From Eledone cirrhosa (Eukaryota), in contig OZ024741.1 of assembly GCA_964016885.1 (NCBI GenBank), positions 305,412,001-305,476,000 on the forward strand: a DNA stretch of 64,000 nucleotides, given 5' to 3'. The first letter of the stretch is position 1, and each line of letters begins with the position of its first letter. This document shows, in pieces, positions 25,521 through 37,335 of this stretch. The notes below the pieces were generated by a model. That model had not been told where the DNA came from. It did no database searches and was given only the letters and a program-made list of their open reading frames with translations. The position numbers and the translations under genes were made by a program.

Positions 25521-27487
25521 ATTAAAAATATATTTTAGTATATCATCATCATCATTATTTAATGTCCATTTTCTCTGCTAGCAAGGGTTGGATGTTTCAT
25601 CATGACTGGTCAGTATTCAAGCAAAGCTACTGACCTCTCTGACAGGCCAGGGCCCACATTTTGTGTACATATGATCTTGTACTCTACTGAGTGCATTTAT
25701 CTGAAAACTTCATTGTGGCACCAGCACTAAGGAAGTTGTCATGTTTTTTGACAAAACTGAAAAGTCTTTCTAATTCTTTATTTGCCAGGCTTTCTATGGC
25801 TGGATCCTCTTCCTATCACTAACCACTATACTGAGTGCACTGGGTGCATTGTGTAGCTCACTAGGGTGGTTGTCATGTCTATGGCATAACTGAAGAATAC
25901 ATCAGACCCTTTGTTTGGCAGGTTTTCTATGGTTGGATGCCCTTCTTATCACCAGCCACCTTGCAAAGTGCTAGGTGAATTTTTCATAACACCAGCACTA
26001 GAGAGGTTCTTGGTCATTGACTCAAATGAAGAGTCCTCTCTACCTTATGAGTAGTAAGGGAAGAGGCAGATGGAGGTAAGGGCTTCAATACCAGACTGGA
26101 GGAAAGGACTTAGGATTGCTAACTGTCAAGTTATGGGGCACAATACTTGCACTGCCCTGGGCACTGGTAATCCATATAACAGCAGAACATGTAGAAATTT
26201 AAATACTGCATCTTGAAATATTACAATTTTCAGGGAGATTGAGTGTGACAGTATGTGATAAAACTGGTCATTTGAATTACAGGTACAACTAATTTTTTCA
26301 GTTAAGAGTGCTGGAGCAATGTGAAATATAATGTCTTGCTCAAGGATACAATGTGTTGCCAAGAATCAAAGTCACAGTGTCAGTCATGAGCCAAACACCC
26401 TATCCACTAAACCATGTTCCCTCACTCCTTTGAATAATAACAACATAATGTGATTATTCAAAGGAGTGGACCAAGATTGTAGGACTGAACACCACTGCTT
26501 AACTGACAGTGGAGGTATGTGACTTAATGGTTAACCCTTATACGTATCCGGCCAGAATTCTCTTACCTCTTTCTGTTCAAACTGGCTGTAACTGGCCACT
26601 CACACTGATGTTAAGGTATTGTTCTCATAATAAATAATATCAAAATCTCATAGCTTTGATATTATATGAAATAATTATATGAAGTAAAGCTTTTACCATA
26701 AAAATATAATAGTAAATATAGAGTAAATACTAAAGAATTAAGGTGTTTAATTTATTATTGTAAGGACATGAGTTTGATTCCTAGTGGGGCTTTGTAGCCT
26801 TGAACAATACACTATATTTCATGTTGCTCTAGTCCACTCAGCTGGCAGAAATAAGTTGTACCTGTAATTGAAGGGGGAAACTATGTCATAATCTGTCGAA
26901 TACTCAGTCACTTGTGCATTAATTTCATGAGCAGGCTATTCTGTTGTTCAAATCATTTGGGGCTCTCATCGTTGGAATAGCTAGAGTTCCAAAACTAGAC
27001 TGACTATGATGTAGGGAAATTAGTCATTTTACTCTTTATATTTTTGAGTAGTAGTTATATAATCATCATCATCATCATTTAATGCCCATTTTTCCACATT
27101 GCCATGGGTTGGCTGGGTCATCACAAACCAAGCCAGTACTTAATCAAAGCTATTAACCTTAAGTAATCTAATAAGGACCATAATTAATTTTATTATTCTT
27201 AAGGGTGGTGGATTTGCAGAATCAGTAAAGCGTCGGACACCATGCTACACGGCATAGAGTAACGTCCCTTTATGTTCTGAGTTCAAATCCTGCTGAGGTT
27301 AGTTGTTACCTTTCATCCTTACAGAGTCAATAAAATAAAGTACCAGCTATACACTGGGATCGATTTAATTGGCTTTCCCTTCCCCAAATTAAAAGAAAAA
27401 TTGTTGGCCTTGAGCCTAAATCTAAAATCATTATTCTTAATACCTTATTTTAATATACTTTATTATGAATTCATGTTTCAATAACAG

Positions 27488-27524
27488 ATTATTTATCCTG
27501 AACATGAAAAAAATTTTAAATACG
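27488..27524 (+). CDS. ABCD4: ABCD4-like small exon
   Basis: aacag acceptor, IIYPEHEKNFKY, gttagt donor; supplies the conserved (Q)IIYP; phase 0 to 1 fits both neighbours. Confidence 0.85.
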
Positions 27525-28354
27525 GTTAGTACTTTTTTGTTTTTCTTTTTCATAGCATTTCCACATTCGTTTCATTGCCATCCAGCTCTTACAATGTCAA
27601 GTATTTGTAGCAAGAATGTCAATACTTGAATGATTTTCCTTGTTAATTTTTTTGTGACAATATTTTTAATGATATACACTACCTATTTGTTTCATTTAAT
27701 GTTTAACATACTAATTTTGAGAAGTTTAGTTCACTCTGATCAATCGACAGGATCACAGACCTCATTCGCTTGCTGAATGGGATGGACCTTGTCAAATTGG
27801 ACCAAGGAAACAATGTTTCTATTGGTCTTTCCATTGCTGATACTATCTACCAGTCACAACTCCTGGCCGAAGTAGCAACACGAAATAAAGTGTCTTGCTC
27901 AAGGACACAATTCATCACCCTGTCCGAGAATTGAACTTGCAACATCATGATTGCGAATCTAACTCTCTAACCACTAAGCCACGCGCTTTCTAGTTTAGTG
28001 AAATGATAATTTTATTTTCCATTTTAACCATTCTAATGAAATACACAGCCTATTATTTTCAAAATAATCTATTTCAAAATAATCTAGAATTTGGAGTGAT
28101 TTAGTAATATAACTAACTTTGCCTTCATTAAGCTGATGTTTAGAATATAAAGATTCTTATGTAGAATTATGATGGAAGGTTTTTAGAGAACTATAAACAT
28201 TAGAAAACAAACAGCTTTGTATCATGGAACCAATGAATCTGTATTGGTTTTATTTGATGATTAATCATTTTGGTAATTGGACATTATTGTTTTAGAGCAA
28301 GAAAAACACACCTTGGAAATAAAGCTTATTTTTAACTTTCTTTCTCTTTTTCAG

Positions 28355-28457
28355 ATGCTATTACAACTGAAAGAATATTTAGCTATTTAGACAGAGCCCA
28401 ACTGCATGACTTAGTCTCTTGTGTTGGTCGCCTTGATGCCAAGCTAGATTGGAATTG
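28355..28457 (+). CDS. ABCD4: ABCD4-like exon
   Basis: DAITTERIFSYLDRAQLHDLVSCVGRLDAKLDWNW; the DWNW motif is as in ABCD4; tttcag acceptor, gtaagt donor. Confidence 0.92.
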
Positions 28458-29829
28458 GTAAGTATGACTTGTGGTATGTGTGTGAGTGTGTGATTGTACT
28501 TATGCATACATATACACACACATACACACATATCTAAGTGTATAAGTAACTTTGTGCATCTGAGAGCCTATGGCATAATTTTATATCCTTTTTCCATGCT
28601 GGCATGGGTTGGATGTGTCATTGCAGTCCATGACAAGACATGTCAGATAACCATATCTTGCTCATACATTCCATATTTTGGTATGGTTTCTATGGCTCAA
28701 TGTGCTTCCTAATTCCAATCACTTGGTTATTAGGTCCTGGGTTCAACTCCACTGTGTGTCATCTTAAACGAATGTCATTTACCTCAGGTCAACCCAAGCT
28801 TTGTGAGTGAAATTCAGTAGACAGAAACTGTTTGGAAGCCCATTGAATGGTATGTACCTGTATTTGAAAGGGCAAGCCTTGTCACACACTGTGTCATGCT
28901 GAATCTCTCTATGGGATGCTTGTTCTGAAAATTGCAATATTTCAGGATAGAAAGAGTTCTCTGTTCGAATGATAGAGATTGTAAACAGACATAAAATGAT
29001 AAATCCAATTCTAGCTCATCAAACCAATAAGTAAATATGTTTGCTACCTTGAAACACCATTGTAGTGCAGTTGAAGTATAAATAGTAGTTAAACACGTCA
29101 GGTAGTATACTTCTGGAAATGGAGGAAAATCAACAAAGTCGCCTGTGGCAATCAAACCATGTATCTGCCATATACAAGACGACCTCCTTTAGCCATTACA
29201 CGGTATACAGCCAATACATAGTTCAATTCATGCAAGTGGCTCTGTCCACTTTTTGCTAATTCCAGGGTTACTTTACTTGATTTATTTGTCTATTATTTGT
29301 AGTTCATCTGTGGCAGCTTTTCAAAAAAAGCAAACATATTTTCAAATTTGCTCTCATGATGATGACCAACATCATCGTTTAATGTTCACTTTCCCTGATA
29401 GCAAGGGTTGGACAGGTCTACATAGACTAAGTAGTACTGAAGCGGGTGTGGCTACTAACCTCTCAGACAGGCTAGGGGATCTGCATCTCACTTACATACG
29501 GTCTTTAGCTTTATTGAGTGCACAGGGGAGGTTGCCTTGTCTTTGACACAACTGAAGGGTCCTCCCAGCCCTTTGTTTAGCAGGCTTACTATGGCTGAAT
29601 GCCCTTCTTATCAACAACCACCTTACAGTGTGTACTGGGTGCATTTATCGTGTAAATCACCAACACTAGGGAGGTTGTCATGTCCTTGACATGACTGAAG
29701 GGTTCTCCCAACCCATTGTTTGGCAAGCTCTATGCTATATGCTTTGTAAAATAATTAATGAGTAAATGTTTCTCATTTTCTCAGTATTTTAATTTGGACT
29801 AATCTTCAGTTTTCCTCTGATTTATGCAG

Positions 29830-29906
29830 GTATAACGAATTATCTCCAGGACAACAGCAGCGATTATGCTTTGTTAGATTGTTCTATAATAAACCCAAAT
29901 TTGCAG
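29830..29906 (+). CDS. ABCD4: ABCD4-like exon, ABC signature
   Basis: YNELSPGQQQRLCFVRLFYNKPKFA; the LSPG signature variant is typical of ABCD4. Confidence 0.93.
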
Positions 29907-30829
29907 GTATCTACATTATTACCCTCTTTTACTCTTCTATTGGTTTCTGTTATTTGACTATGGCCATGCTGGAGCACCTTTTAAAGGTGTTTTTTAATCA
30001 GTCATTAGTACTTATTTTCATCTATCTCCATTTGTCAAACTGCTAAGTTATGGGACATAAAGGGACACGATATTAATAACAATGCTAATTTTTAGGCAAG
30101 TCTAAATGATAAAATCCATAAACATAAGATACTGTCAATTAAACATATGACATTTAGACAGGCTTTCTCGAACATTGCTCTTGGGTAGTGAATTGGCTGA
30201 GTCAGTAGTATGTCAGATTAAATGATTCCGTATTTTTTCTAGTTTTATGTGCTCTGAGTTCAAAATCTGCTGATGTCAAATTTGCCTTTCATCCTTTTGG
30301 AGTTGTTGACAAACAAAGTGACAGTCTTGGGGTGATGTATTGACATAATTATAAAAGAATCTGATGGGATGCTTTGTCATATCTGTCCCTACTCTGTGCA
30401 TTTTGAGTTCAAATTATGCCTTCTGTCACCAAAAATGCAGTGACACTTCTGTTTGGAGAAGCAACTGGCAGATAGTATGCAGCTAGTGTTTTAAGGTCTC
30501 ATGAAAGGATCCATACTCATCATGAGATCTTTTTTGAAGTAATGTTTTACAGTTGGATTCCTTTCCTGGTGTCAACACTTTTGGTCATCTCTTACAACAC
30601 ACAGAGATACAGTGTATCTATTCTAAACCAGATACACACATCTAAACTAGCAGATAATATTAGAAATAGAAAGATTGATAGAAACATAGTATTTTGGTCT
30701 GATCTGACAAATGGCTCTTTTCCTTTCCTTCTTATGTTATAAAAATTATAATGTTGAGTACATTTACATGAATTAGCCAAAATATCCCAGTGTTGATAGA
30801 ATATATTTCCATTCTTGGTTGCGCTGATA

Positions 30830-31349
30830 TGGACATGTGATGCGTATGAAGGAAGACAGCTGCATAAAAAGGTGCAGAGCACTAGAAGTCGATGGAAACC
30901 GCGGAGTGGGGAGACCCAAGATGACCTGGGATGAGGTGATAAAAGCTGACCTTACCCAATTACACCTCTCAAAGGCAATGACACACGACCGTGACCTCTG
31001 GCGTCACGCAGTAATACAGAGTACCCGACCTCCCATGGGTACAAACTGAAGCATATAGACAATATGCCCCCACACACCCCACCGCAAGGTGGTCGTAGAG
31101 GTGCCATGGCAAAAAAGCACCCAGCCCACACTGTAAAGTGGACGTGTAGGCGCCACGAAAAAGCACCCAGCACTCACTGTAAATGAGGTTGGTGTTAGGA
31201 AGGGCATCCAGCTGTAGAAATCAAGCCAAATCAGTTCCTGTATGAGCAAGGCATGGTCAGCCGACCAGGCACTGCCCACAACAGGACAACCCGTCTAACC
31301 CATGCTAGCGTGGAAGAACGGACGTAAAAACGGTGATGATGATGATGAT
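30830..31349 (+). mobile_element. RTE LINE 3' fragment, second subfamily
   Basis: HVMRMKEDSCIKRC...GRPKMTW, 3' UTR and (GAT)n; matches the reverse complement of 16570-17100. Confidence 0.9.
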
Positions 31350-34173
31350 TCTTCTTGTTTTTCATTCATCTCCTATAATCATGCACTACTACAAATATAT
31401 TGTCATCATCATCATTATATGTCTGCTTTTCATGCTAGCATGGGTTTGACAGGTTGTTACTGTCTGAGACTGGATGGGTTGAGTTCCATTTTTGGCATTA
31501 CACTATTGATCAATTTATACATTTGAATATATTCATTTTAATAGATTTTGGGGGGAAATTTAAAGTTATTTTAACCCACATCATGTCTTATCTCAAGCAT
31601 ACTTATTAAAAACAAATTATGTCAAAAATTATTGTTGTAAGTTTGGTTGTTTTATATGTTATCTAAATAGTACTACATCAAGATATAAGTCAAAATATAA
31701 GTCGCATATATGTTATCAGAATATTACTACGTCAAAATGAAGCCATATACTTGAAAATTCATGTTTTGTAGAGTGTGCATATAATGTTTAACCCTTTCAT
31801 AACCATATTTCTAATAAATGACACTACCTATGATTTTTAAATAACTTTGTAAATAACCAATAATTGTGAGGGATTTTGTAATATAATTAACTTTCTCATT
31901 ATTAAGTTGGTGTTTGGATCATAATTTAAATGTTCTTTTATAAAATTAAAATGTAAGGTTTTTAGATAAATGATCAACATGTAGGTGTTACGACAAAAAG
32001 CACCCAATCCATACTGTAAAGTGGTCATGTAGGTATCGAAAAAAAGCACCCAGTTTACACTGTAAATATGGTTGGCATTAGGAAGGGCATCCAGCCATAG
32101 AAACTAGGCCAAAATCAGTTCTGTATGAGCAAGACATGGTCATCTGACCTGGCATGTCTCATAATGGGACAACTCATCTAACCCATGCTAACGGATTTAA
32201 GAGGAAGTTTCATTTATACCACTATGAAGAGTATATTTTGCTGCTTATATTTTATCCATGGCAAATTTCTACAGCCAGATGCCCTTCCTGATGCCAAGCC
32301 ATACTTTTCAGTATAGTAGAGATTCATCGACATAACAGTGTTTTGGATACAAAGTCATACAAACACACACATATATACAAATGACAGGCTTCCGCAGAGT
32401 TTCAGTCTGCCAAATTCACTCACTTGGTAAGCTCAAGGCTTTAAGCAGAAAATACTTGCCTAAGGTGGGATGTATTGTGATCAAACTTGAAACCATGTGC
32501 TTTAGAAGCACACTTCTAAATCACCACCACTATAACCACCACCACCTCCACTATCATCACTATCACATGTCTATATATATTCCATGCTTGGAGGCTAGAC
32601 CAGTCAAGCCTTGTTTATTTGTTTTGTTTAGGGCTTGGTTTCTATAGCTGGATGCCCTTTTTAATGCCAACTTTTTTACGGTGTGTACTGGATGCACCAC
32701 CACTACCACCCAACAGGATGGACTGGGTACAGTATATCATGGCACCATACTATCTATCAGTTTAGAGTATGGGTTGGGTGCATTTTATTGTGGCACCAGC
32801 TCTACTACTTTACAGAGTGGGCTGGGTGCAGTTTATCATGACACCACATGTATTGTAATTTGTATAATGAAGATGTGGAATTACAAATATTATTCAGTTC
32901 CTGATGTACAAAACAAAAAATTTTAAGTTGTATGGGGATGAAGAAAGACTGTGATAACTGTTTAACCCATCTAGGAGAGCTGTCACTTGAAATAAATAAG
33001 ACAGCACAGAGTAGATGTGGCCTCTGTATTCATAGTGAAAGCAGCCTGTTTAGTAGAGCAGTCATTCCAGAAAAATAAGAGTGCATGGGGTAGACATGGC
33101 TCTGTAAGTCATAGCAAAGACAATCTGTTTAGGTGTGCAGATATTTTAAATGAAGACTGATACAAGGTGGAGAGGGCTATTAAGTCTTTACATGCAACCT
33201 CTCTAGTGTTGGTGACACGAAAACTGCACCTAATCCATGCTTCAAAGTTGTCATGCACTTGACACAACAGAAAAGTCCTCTCAGTCCTTTTTAGCATGGT
33301 TTCTACAGCTGAATGCAAATGGCACCAGCACTAGTGTCATGTATAGATATGTAATAGTTGTGTATATATTGTATTGGGTATTACATATAGAATTGGGATG
33401 GTTGAACATATATTGTATTCCTTTGTGTATGAACTGTATAGATGCATAGTTGAAAAAAAAAAAGAGCTAAGAAAATATTAATTTATACCACTCTGTCCCT
33501 TAACTCATTGTGGAGTTGTAGGAGCACTGTAGTGATATATGGCATGCCTTGAGCATACCTGCAGAGAGCCCATTTCTCACCTGGTCTGAACATAGCTGAT
33601 TTATTCCAGAGTGTGTGTATGTGAGAGAGAGAGAGAGAGAGAGAGATAGAATTGACTTTACTTTTTGACAACTGGTACTTTATTTATTCAAGGGCGGTGG
33701 AAGCATTTCTGAATTTGGTGGGGTCGGGGTGGGGAAAATTTGGTCAATCTAGTTGTAGTGATTAGTTTAGCTGTTATCAAATATCAACCAAGATATAAAA
33801 AACTTTGATATGCGATAAACATAACATGTACATAAACTGTAGCACATATACAAATAGATGTGTGTTTTGGTAGTTTGAGGAGAAAAATATAATTATTGGT
33901 GGGGGTCACCCCTCCCCCGGCCTCCCCGGTTCCACCGCCCCTGTTATTGACTATGAAAAGATAAAAGGTGAAGTTGACCATGGCAGGATCTGAACTAAGA
34001 ATACAGAGAGAGCTAGAACAAATATTGCAAAGCATTTTATTAGGTGTTCCAACAGTTCTGCCAATTCATCACCTAATCCTTCTTTCTACTTCTCTTTGAA
34101 CATTGTAATATTTTGCTTGACTAAATAAGATTAATAATGAAATTAAACAATTTTTTTTTCTTTTTGTTTTCAG

Positions 34174-34364
34174 TTCTCGATGAATCTACGAATCAAATAA
34201 GTTCTGAATCTGAAGAGGTTATGTATTCAATGTGCAAAGAATTAGGAATTACAGTACTCAGTGTTGGCCATAGACAAACTCTAACAAAATATCACCAAAT
34301 GTTACTTCATATAAAAGGTGATGGTAACTGGACTATGAACCCTATAGAAGAGAATTCTAGTTAG
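34174..34364 (+). CDS. ABCD4: ABCD4-like terminal coding exon (Walker B, H-switch, stop)
   Basis: ttttcag acceptor; VLDESTNQISSESEEVMYSMCKELGITVLSVGHRQTLTKYHQMLLHIKGDGNW...*. Confidence 0.93.
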
Positions 34365-34666
34365 TTATTCCGACATCTACAAAGTGATGGCACTTCAATC
34401 TTTCACCTCACTATAGCAAAAAAAAAAAACATTGATGGGCCCCTAGTCATTGTGGGATCTCAAGGCTTCAGCCTAGTCAGCCTTTTCTATTACTTGGGGC
34501 CATATTAACTTATGACTGGGCTTCTAGGCTTTCAGGTAATTTGGGGCCCTCTCTGGCATAAAGCTAAAAACATGTTGGTCTCTAGGTTTCATCCGAGTGG
34601 ACCTCATGATGTTAATACATTACATAAAACCTAATTAGACCTACATTCCCATATAACATAATGCAT

Positions 34667-34672
34667 AATAAA
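34667..34672 (+). promoter_or_regulatory. Candidate polyadenylation signal of the ABCD4-like gene
   Basis: AATAAA about 300 nt after the stop, with T-rich sequence downstream; another AATAAA lies near 34940. Confidence 0.35.
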
Positions 34673-35955
34673 ATTAGAGAATTTATTAAAACCTTTATAA
34701 ACCTTTTTTTTAATCTTTTTTTTCCTGTGAAATCTTGCCCTACAAATTTGAAAAAAAAAAAAAAAAAATTGAAATTATATTTTTAGAAACTTTTTTGTAT
34801 ATCATTATACATATGAAGGAATTAATTTGATCCTTAATTATTTTTTAAAACAATGTATGTGTACAGACACACACACACTAACAGCTAGATGATGTAACTA
34901 ATCTAAAACTTCAAAATCACTGCCACTTTTATACTCCGAGAATAAAATTTACACTCTACCTACAAGTGTTGAGTGCTCATTCAGTTGTTGTTTGAATATT
35001 TTAAGTAGGATGTGATTTTAAACACCCATTCTAATATGTATTTAAAAAGACTTCTTCGTTGCACACTTATTCCTAGGAGGCTAGTGAGGACTAAGTCCTC
35101 CAGCACTTCATGTCAGAAGCAACTGTCTAGCAATTCTTTTCTGAGTAATTTTGACCACATATCCGTAGTAAAAATGGCGACAAGGAAGGTCGCTTGACCA
35201 CGTCTTGACCAAACAAAATATAATATTTTCACCCAAAACTGCCCTTTAAACACATGTCAGATGGATTACAATATTCATTATTACAACTACTTTGACTGTT
35301 CCCTGACAAATAGTACCAGTTTCAAGATAGAATTATCTTAACGAAGTATATATAATTTGACTTGATTTTCGCCAACAAACCACGTGTGGACATGGACGGG
35401 AAAAAAGGAAAAAAACAAAACAAATCACTACATTCCTTAAGGATCGCAGTAAGTACTCCACAAAACATATAAACAACAATATAACACAGATTTATATACA
35501 GATACATACCATATGCATATACACACACGTGAAAAGAAACCACACTATTTCGTGTGAGACACCGGCCAATTTTACCAATTTACATTGGTAAAATATTTCT
35601 TAACATTGACTTCGCTTCTAACCCACATACACCTTTTAATTATATATATATACTAGCAGCTGAAAGTTAATAATTTAAAAAAAAAAAAAATATCATTGAA
35701 AGTTTATTATAAAGAAGCAGTATCAGGGAAAAAAAAACAAAAAAACGTTATTTCGCTGTTAATAAACAACTGCCTTCTACAGTACGTTTCATTTAACTTA
35801 CACAGCATATTTATTTGTTTACATGCACAGACTCTTCTACACACACACAACATTTAGGAAAACGGAAACAAAATACACAAAAAAACAGACATTTTATTTC
35901 TATCGTAATCAAGTGCGCTAAACCTATATTGTTTACATTCTGTGTTTTTCTACGG

Positions 35956-37335
35956 ATGGGTAGAAATAACAAAATTGCCATGGTGATATCCATCGATGAA
36001 ATATGCGACAAAACCGGCCGATGTCCCAAAATAGAACATTGCCCAGAAAATCACATCAGCCATATCTGTGCGGAACCCGAAAACTCGTTCCGGAATCGCT
36101 GGGTCGAATGTGGAACCTGTCGCATCTCTGTCTGCCTTCAATGCGCCACAGGCTTCCGGAGGATCCCAGGCCAAAAAAAGAGACATCATAATGCTATGAT
36201 GGATGGAATATGGGAGATGGTCCAGCTAAAATCCTGGTCCTTTCAGTGTCTGGCCTGTGTGCCTGCCTCCACTAATGTTATTGAAAAACAACAACAACAA
36301 CAACAACAAAAACCAATGACTGTGTCTTCCTCTACCATTGTTACTGAACAACGGCAAAAACCTATGACACTGGCTTCTACTGCTGTTCCTGTGGGAGAAC
36401 ATCAGAAACAACAACAACCCATGTCTTCCACTCCCAGTACATCTCGACACCAACAACTGGTGACTGTGTCTTCCCCTACCATTCCCGTGGAGGAACATCA
36501 TCATCACCAACAACAACAACAACAACAACAGCAACAACCTGCGACTGTGTCCTCCCCTGCCATTCCCGTGGAGGAACATCATCACCAACAACAACAACAA
36601 CAACAGCAACAACCTGCGACTGTGTCCTCCCCTGCCATTCCCGTGGAGGAATATCATCATCACCAACAACGACAGCAGCAGCAGCAACAACAACAACAAC
36701 AACCGACCAGTACAGATTTTGCGGAACTGCAACTAATGATTTCTGCTCTGAGAAGGGAAGTTGCAGGAATAGAGGCAAGCATTCGGGTAGGACCCCACAA
36801 TGAGGGGTCTTATCGGAATGCCTTGCTAAAGAATCTCCCTGTACCTCTTGCTGAAAAGACTGAAAAGACTGCGGAATCTGCTACCCATGAAGTGATTGCC
36901 ATTGGGGTACCAGAGGACAAGGCTGATCTTCAGGCATTTGCTGCCAGCTCAGCCAAAGACCTAGGCTGTGTTCCCCCAAAGGGTGCTCTCCGCCTTGGTC
37001 GACCTGGTCCAAAACCCAGACTCATCAGGCTGTCTTTTTCGGACCCCGCAGAGGCAACCTCATATTATCTGGCCTCTGCTAAAGCTGGGCGTGAAAATCG
37101 GATTACCTTCCGAACACGCCCAGGCCTACCATCCCATGTACGTCCAAAGCTACGTGCTGCAGCTTCCTTGAATCGGAACTCAGCACAAGATGAAAGTTTT
37201 AGTCTGCGTGATGATGGGCAGATCTGGAGGTTTGTCAAGGCTGGTGAAACGTGGAAGAGAGATACCAGCTGGTCTGAGTGTGATCTACCCACAATAACTG
37301 GCAATGTAAAAACTGCTACAACTCTGGGAAACTAA
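35956..37335 (+). CDS. CR1 ORF1 protein (PHD-like Cys cluster, poly-Q/H repeats, coiled coil, RRM-like region)
   Basis: First ATG at 35956; WVECGTCRISVCLQC...FQCLAC; repeated TVSSPAIPVEEHHHQn; IAIGVPE and RLGRPGPKPRLIRLSF motifs typical of CR1/L2 ORF1. Confidence 0.85.
   Translation: MGRNNKIAMVISIDEICDKTGRCPKIEHCPENHISHICAEPENSFRNRWVECGTCRISVCLQCATGFRRIPGQKKRHHNAMMDGIWEMVQLKSWSFQCLACVPASTNVIEKQQQQQQQKPMTVSSSTIVTEQRQKPMTLASTAVPVGEHQKQQQPMSSTPSTSRHQQLVTVSSPTIPVEEHHHHQQQQQQQQQQPATVSSPAIPVEEHHHQQQQQQQQQPATVSSPAIPVEEYHHHQQRQQQQQQQQQQPTSTDFAELQLMISALRREVAGIEASIRVGPHNEGSYRNALLKNLPVPLAEKTEKTAESATHEVIAIGVPEDKADLQAFAASSAKDLGCVPPKGALRLGRPGPKPRLIRLSFSDPAEATSYYLASAKAGRENRITFRTRPGLPSHVRPKLRAAASLNRNSAQDESFSLRDDGQIWRFVKAGETWKRDTSWSECDLPTITGNVKTATTLGN

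Noticed and set aside
28814-30882. Nested antisense gene in ABCD4 introns (ORFs 29155-28814 and 30882-30592)
   Set aside because: No recognisable domain, stops in adjacent sequence and no coherent splice structure.
35160-35200. YY1-like aaaatggcg promoter or start of a neighbouring gene
   Set aside because: A single short motif with no supported downstream exon.
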